The position numbers and the translations under genes were made by a program. The notes below the pieces were generated by a model. The model was not told the DNA's origin. It did not search any database and was given only the letters and a program-made list of their open reading frames with translations. Positions 15,884 through 19,425 of a stretch of 19,425 nucleotides of DNA are shown here, piece after piece; the first letter of the stretch is position 1; every line of letters begins with the position of its first letter. Source of the DNA: Sulfurimonadaceae bacterium (GTDB lineage: Bacteria > Campylobacterota > Campylobacteria > Campylobacterales > Sulfurimonadaceae); contig JBFESZ010000035.1 in assembly GCA_041548245.1 (NCBI GenBank), forward strand, positions 1-19,425, read 5' to 3'.

Positions 15884-16573
15884 ATGAAAATAGAAAAACT
15901 ACAGATTCAGTATGATAACAATACACTTGTAGATATCTCTTTTGAAGTTAATAGATCTTTAGCTTTGGTTGGCCAAAGCGGAAGTGGAAAAAGCCTGACA
16001 TTAAAAGCCTTGTTGGGTATGTTGCCCGATAGTATGCACCTTGAATTGCAGATCGAGTCATCATTTAAACTGATCAATGGGAAGAGTCTTGCTTTTGTCC
16101 CGCAAAACCCCTTTACAGCTCTTTCGCCCTTGACCAAGATATACAAACAGTTTTTTTCCTCTAGAGAGGTGATGGAGGAACTGTTTGAACAGGTTGGTCT
16201 TGAGTATGCACTATCCAGGCGTTTTCCTCCTGAGCTTTCAGGCGGACAGCTGCAGCGTGTGATTATTGCCATGGCATTGAGTTCAAAGCCAAAGTTACTG
16301 CTATTGGATGAACCGACTACGGCACTTGATCCGAAGAACAGAGAAGTTATCATAGATCTTTTGAAGTCCTTACAAACAAAGCTTGGGTTCAAGATGCTGT
16401 TTGTGACTCATGATATGAAGAGTGCCGAGTCTTTGTGCGAAGAGATATGTGTTATAAAAAGCGGGAGTGTTGTTGAAAGTGGAATTCTGAAAGAAGTGAT
16501 TGAGAAACCTTCTGCAGAGTATACTAAGGTATTGATATCATCCAATTTTTCAAATCGAGAATTTAGAGTTTAG
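15884..16573 (+). CDS. ABC transporter ATP-binding protein, dipeptide/oligopeptide/nickel (DppD/NikD-like) type
   Basis: Walker A GQSGSGKS, Q-loop FVPQNP, signature LSGGQ, Walker B/D-loop LLLLDEPTTALD, H-loop VTHD and C-terminal P...YTK.L. Confidence 0.9.
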   Translation: MKIEKLQIQYDNNTLVDISFEVNRSLALVGQSGSGKSLTLKALLGMLPDSMHLELQIESSFKLINGKSLAFVPQNPFTALSPLTKIYKQFFSSREVMEELFEQVGLEYALSRRFPPELSGGQLQRVIIAMALSSKPKLLLLDEPTTALDPKNREVIIDLLKSLQTKLGFKMLFVTHDMKSAESLCEEICVIKSGSVVESGILKEVIEKPSAEYTKVLISSNFSNREFRV

Positions 16574-16584
16574 AAAGAAGTCAA

Positions 16585-18531
16585 ATGATAAAGAAGTTTA
16601 CAATCTTATTTTTACTGGTAGCGTTGGCTGCTTTAGGGTATGCCGTTTATTATTACAATCAAATTAAGTTTGAGGTTAATGCGTTGATTGAGTATAACCC
16701 GACGTTGACAACAGAGATTTATGACAGAAACGGCGATAAGATTGCGAATGTCTTTGATAAAGAACATCGGTATTATGTTCATTTTAATGATATCCCTCCA
16801 AAAGTGATTGAAGCACTTTTGGCTATTGAGGACACTATGTTTTTCGAGCATCAGGGTGTAAATGTTGATGCAATTATACGGGCAATCATCAAAGATGTAA
16901 GAGCTGGCAAGCTTGTTGAAGGGGCTTCTACCATTACGCAGCAACTGGTAAAAAACACGCTGTTGACACGAGAGAAAAAGTTTTCCCGAAAGTTTAAAGA
17001 GTTGTTGTTCGCCTTAAAGATAGAGTCAGAACTGACTAAAGAGGAGATACTGGAGCGTTATCTCAACCAGATTTATTATGGTCATGGCTACTATGGTATC
17101 AAGACAGCAGCAAGCGGGTATTTTCATAAGGACTTGGATGACCTCACCCTCAAAGAGATCGCAATATTGGTCGGATTACCTAAAGCACCCTCGTACTATT
17201 CTCCGACAAAGCGCTATGAACAGGCCATTGGAAGAGGAAACAGAGTGGTGAGCCGTATGTATCAGTTAGGATGGATAGATGAGAGTACTTATACGGCAGC
17301 ACTCAAAGAGAATCCCGAAGTTTTTAATGATACGCTGACGCAGAACAGAGCACCTTATATCGTTGATGAGGTGCTTCGTCAATTAGGCAATGAGTTTAAA
17401 GATATCCGTGGCGGCGGCTATAAGATTATAACGACTGTCGATATCCGTATGCAAGAATCGGCAAGAGTCGCATTAAAAGAAGGATATGAACAAAGTGTCG
17501 AGCGTGCAAAGGCTTTGGAAGATTTCAATCAAAGTAGTATAGAGAAACTCAATGGAGCATTAGTCTCTATTGAACCAAAGACGGGAGATATCTTAGCCTT
17601 GGTCGGAGGAGTAGATTATGAGACAAGCCAGTATAATCGTGCAACGCAGGGAATGCGTCAACCCGGTTCAGCCTTCAAACCTCTTATTTATCAGGTGGCA
17701 GTCGATCTTGGATATTCAGGTGCTTCGCAGCTTGTTGACATCGCTAGAACCTATGATTATGAACTTGATGGTGAAGATAAGAAGTGGCGGCCTAAGAACT
17801 ATGAAAAAGATTATAAAGGTTTTATTACGCTGAGGGATGCGATGATCCATTCTCGAAACCTTGCAACCATCAATCTGGTCACAGATATTGGTTTGACTAC
17901 AATGCGAAGGGAATTGGACAAGTTCCATATTAAAAACCTTCCACCTGACCTCTCTTTGGCGCTGGGAAGTATAACGGTCTCTCCGCTTGAGTTCAGCCAG
18001 TATTATACTGTGCTCTCCAATTACGGCACACAGGTTGAGCCGATCTTGATACGAAGTGTTCAAAACGCCTATGGTGAAGAGGTACGTTATGATAATAAAC
18101 AAGAGGTTTTGACTACGCCTCAGCAAGCCTATATCATGATTGATGTTATGAAGGACGTTGTAAATAAGGGAACAGGCCGCAAGGCACGTGTCATGGGGAT
18201 AGAACTCGCAGGCAAGACAGGGACTACGAATGAAGGGGTTGATGCATGGTTCTGTGGATTCTCGCCTGAGATACAGACTATCGTGTGGTATGGAAATGAT
18301 GATAACACCCCAATGCCAAAAGGAGAACAGGGAGGTCGTACAGCAGCACCGGCTTTTGCTTCATATTATAAAAAGATATTGCAGACACACCCTGAGACAA
18401 AACGAAAGTTTGATGAACCAGAAGGTATGATCAGTACTTTTGTCGGTGGACAAAAAGAGTATTTTACCGATATTTCCAAACCGCCGCAGGTTCAAAATAC
18501 CCAAAATGCGGATGATCAGCTGCTATTCTAG
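16585..18531 (+). CDS. pbpA: Class A penicillin-binding protein 1A (bifunctional transglycosylase/transpeptidase)
   Basis: GT51 motifs EDTMFFEHQG, GASTITQQ, RKFKE and KEEILERYLN; transpeptidase motifs SAFK, SRN and KTGT; N-terminal TM anchor. Confidence 0.95.
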   Translation: MIKKFTILFLLVALAALGYAVYYYNQIKFEVNALIEYNPTLTTEIYDRNGDKIANVFDKEHRYYVHFNDIPPKVIEALLAIEDTMFFEHQGVNVDAIIRAIIKDVRAGKLVEGASTITQQLVKNTLLTREKKFSRKFKELLFALKIESELTKEEILERYLNQIYYGHGYYGIKTAASGYFHKDLDDLTLKEIAILVGLPKAPSYYSPTKRYEQAIGRGNRVVSRMYQLGWIDESTYTAALKENPEVFNDTLTQNRAPYIVDEVLRQLGNEFKDIRGGGYKIITTVDIRMQESARVALKEGYEQSVERAKALEDFNQSSIEKLNGALVSIEPKTGDILALVGGVDYETSQYNRATQGMRQPGSAFKPLIYQVAVDLGYSGASQLVDIARTYDYELDGEDKKWRPKNYEKDYKGFITLRDAMIHSRNLATINLVTDIGLTTMRRELDKFHIKNLPPDLSLALGSITVSPLEFSQYYTVLSNYGTQVEPILIRSVQNAYGEEVRYDNKQEVLTTPQQAYIMIDVMKDVVNKGTGRKARVMGIELAGKTGTTNEGVDAWFCGFSPEIQTIVWYGNDDNTPMPKGEQGGRTAAPAFASYYKKILQTHPETKRKFDEPEGMISTFVGGQKEYFTDISKPPQVQNTQNADDQLLF

Positions 18532-18553
18532 ATCAATATACAATAACAACATA

Positions 18554-18600
18554 AGGCCGGATCATTGCAATGAAGTAATTTTCAGCCAATGATCTGGCTT
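18554..18600 (+). terminator. Long stem-loop downstream of PBP1A (terminator, ncRNA or REP-like element)
   Basis: AGGCCGGATCATTG (18554-18567) pairs with CAATGATCTGGCTT (18587-18600) over 14 bp including two G.U pairs; inner TGAAG/TTTCA stem. Confidence 0.55.
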
Positions 18601-18695
18601 CGTACCTCTATTGTTAGCACCTTTTCTTTCTCACCTTAATATATTATTATTATTTTTTATACTATCATAGGGATATCTGAATATGGAGGTCATTG

Positions 18696-19425
18696 ATGAG
18701 TATACGAATATTTCTTATGGTAATCACTGTATTGATCATCTCAGGATGTGCTACGATGGAGCACAAGAGTGAACATGATACACCGGCACGTGCTGAGTCA
18801 GTCAGTCAGAGTTTAAAAGCAGCAACGGTGGATGCAAAATCATTAAAACGAAAAGTTGCCATTGGCCGTTTTACTAATGAGACAGTGTATGGGCAGAGCT
18901 TTTTTATTGATAAGGATAACAACCGCATCGGAAAACAGGCGATGGATATACTTTCAGCCAAGCTGTTTGAAACAGGGAAGTTTATTATGCTTGAACGTGC
19001 CGATCTTGCACAGATTCAAAAAGAGTTGAAGATAGGTGGCTCCACTGAATTAAAGAATGCAGCAGATTATGTCATTGTTGGATCGATTACGGAGTTTGGC
19101 CGTAAAGAGGTAAGTGATGTAGGAATTTTTTCACGTGTCAAACGACAAGAAGCCAATGCAAAGGTTCATATTCGTGTTATTGATGTCTCTACAGGACAGA
19201 TCATCTACTCGGAAGAGGGGAAGGGAACGGCATACTCTGAGGCAGGAGCGATATTTGGAGTCGGTTCGAAAGCAGCTTATGACAGTTCATTAAATGATAA
19301 AGTTCTTGATGCGGCTATCAGCAACCTTGCATCCAATGTCATTGAGAATATGCTTGACAAGCCGTGGCGCTCTTATATTTTAGGTTACGAGGAGGGTAAC
19401 CTAATCATATCGGGCGGAAAATCGC
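18696..19425 (+). CDS. CsgG/HfaB-family lipoprotein, 3'-truncated by the window edge
   Basis: Not in the ORF track because no stop falls in the window. Manual translation gives MSIRIFLMVITVLIISGCAT... (lipobox ISG-C18), LKRKVAIGRFTNE, TGKFIMLER, ADYVIVGSITEFG, AKVHIRVIDVSTGQIIYS. It is open for 243 codons. SD GGAGGT at 18685-18690; TATACT at 18658-18663. Confidence 0.88.
   Translation, partial: MSIRIFLMVITVLIISGCATMEHKSEHDTPARAESVSQSLKAATVDAKSLKRKVAIGRFTNETVYGQSFFIDKDNNRIGKQAMDILSAKLFETGKFIMLERADLAQIQKELKIGGSTELKNAADYVIVGSITEFGRKEVSDVGIFSRVKRQEANAKVHIRVIDVSTGQIIYSEEGKGTAYSEAGAIFGVGSKAAYDSSLNDKVLDAAISNLASNVIENMLDKPWRSYILGYEEGNLIISGGKS

Noticed and set aside
18541..18619. Integron attC interpretation of the post-PBP1A hairpin (TAAC...GTTAGCA ends)
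   Set aside because: Spacing is asymmetric (5 nt versus 12 nt from the R-like boxes to the stem), there is no canonical L-box extrahelical base, and no integrase or cassette array is present.

Overview
This is a mostly core-genome window from a Campylobacterota (Epsilonproteobacteria) bacterium, probably Sulfurimonas-like. That placement is inferred from gene order, frameshift-free prfB and promoter style. In order, it holds: a 5'-truncated two-TM hypothetical gene; a YqiA/YcfP-type esterase and prfB (-); panC (+); ftsI-type class B PBP (-); a class I SAM methyltransferase (+) preceded by an unannotated 29-codon in-frame ORF and hairpin; fliE-flgC-flgB (-) with a textbook sigma54 promoter; ftsW-murG-dedA (+); alaS; two tandem 178-aa CopD/HemJ-like membrane paralogues; maf; a BioF-like enzyme; an orphan peptide/nickel-type ABC ATPase; PBP1A; and a 3'-truncated CsgG/HfaB-family lipoprotein missing from the ORF track. 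I saw no mobile element, CRISPR array, rRNA or tRNA. The best leads are the leader-peptide/hairpin/methyltransferase unit between ftsI and fliE, the CopD-like pair (one copy has a Cys-X5-Cys-X2-Cys loop), a 37-bp palindrome at enhancer distance from the flgB sigma54 promoter, and palindromes at the alaS leader, the maf start and downstream of PBP1A. All are hypotheses from reading the sequence; no searches were run.
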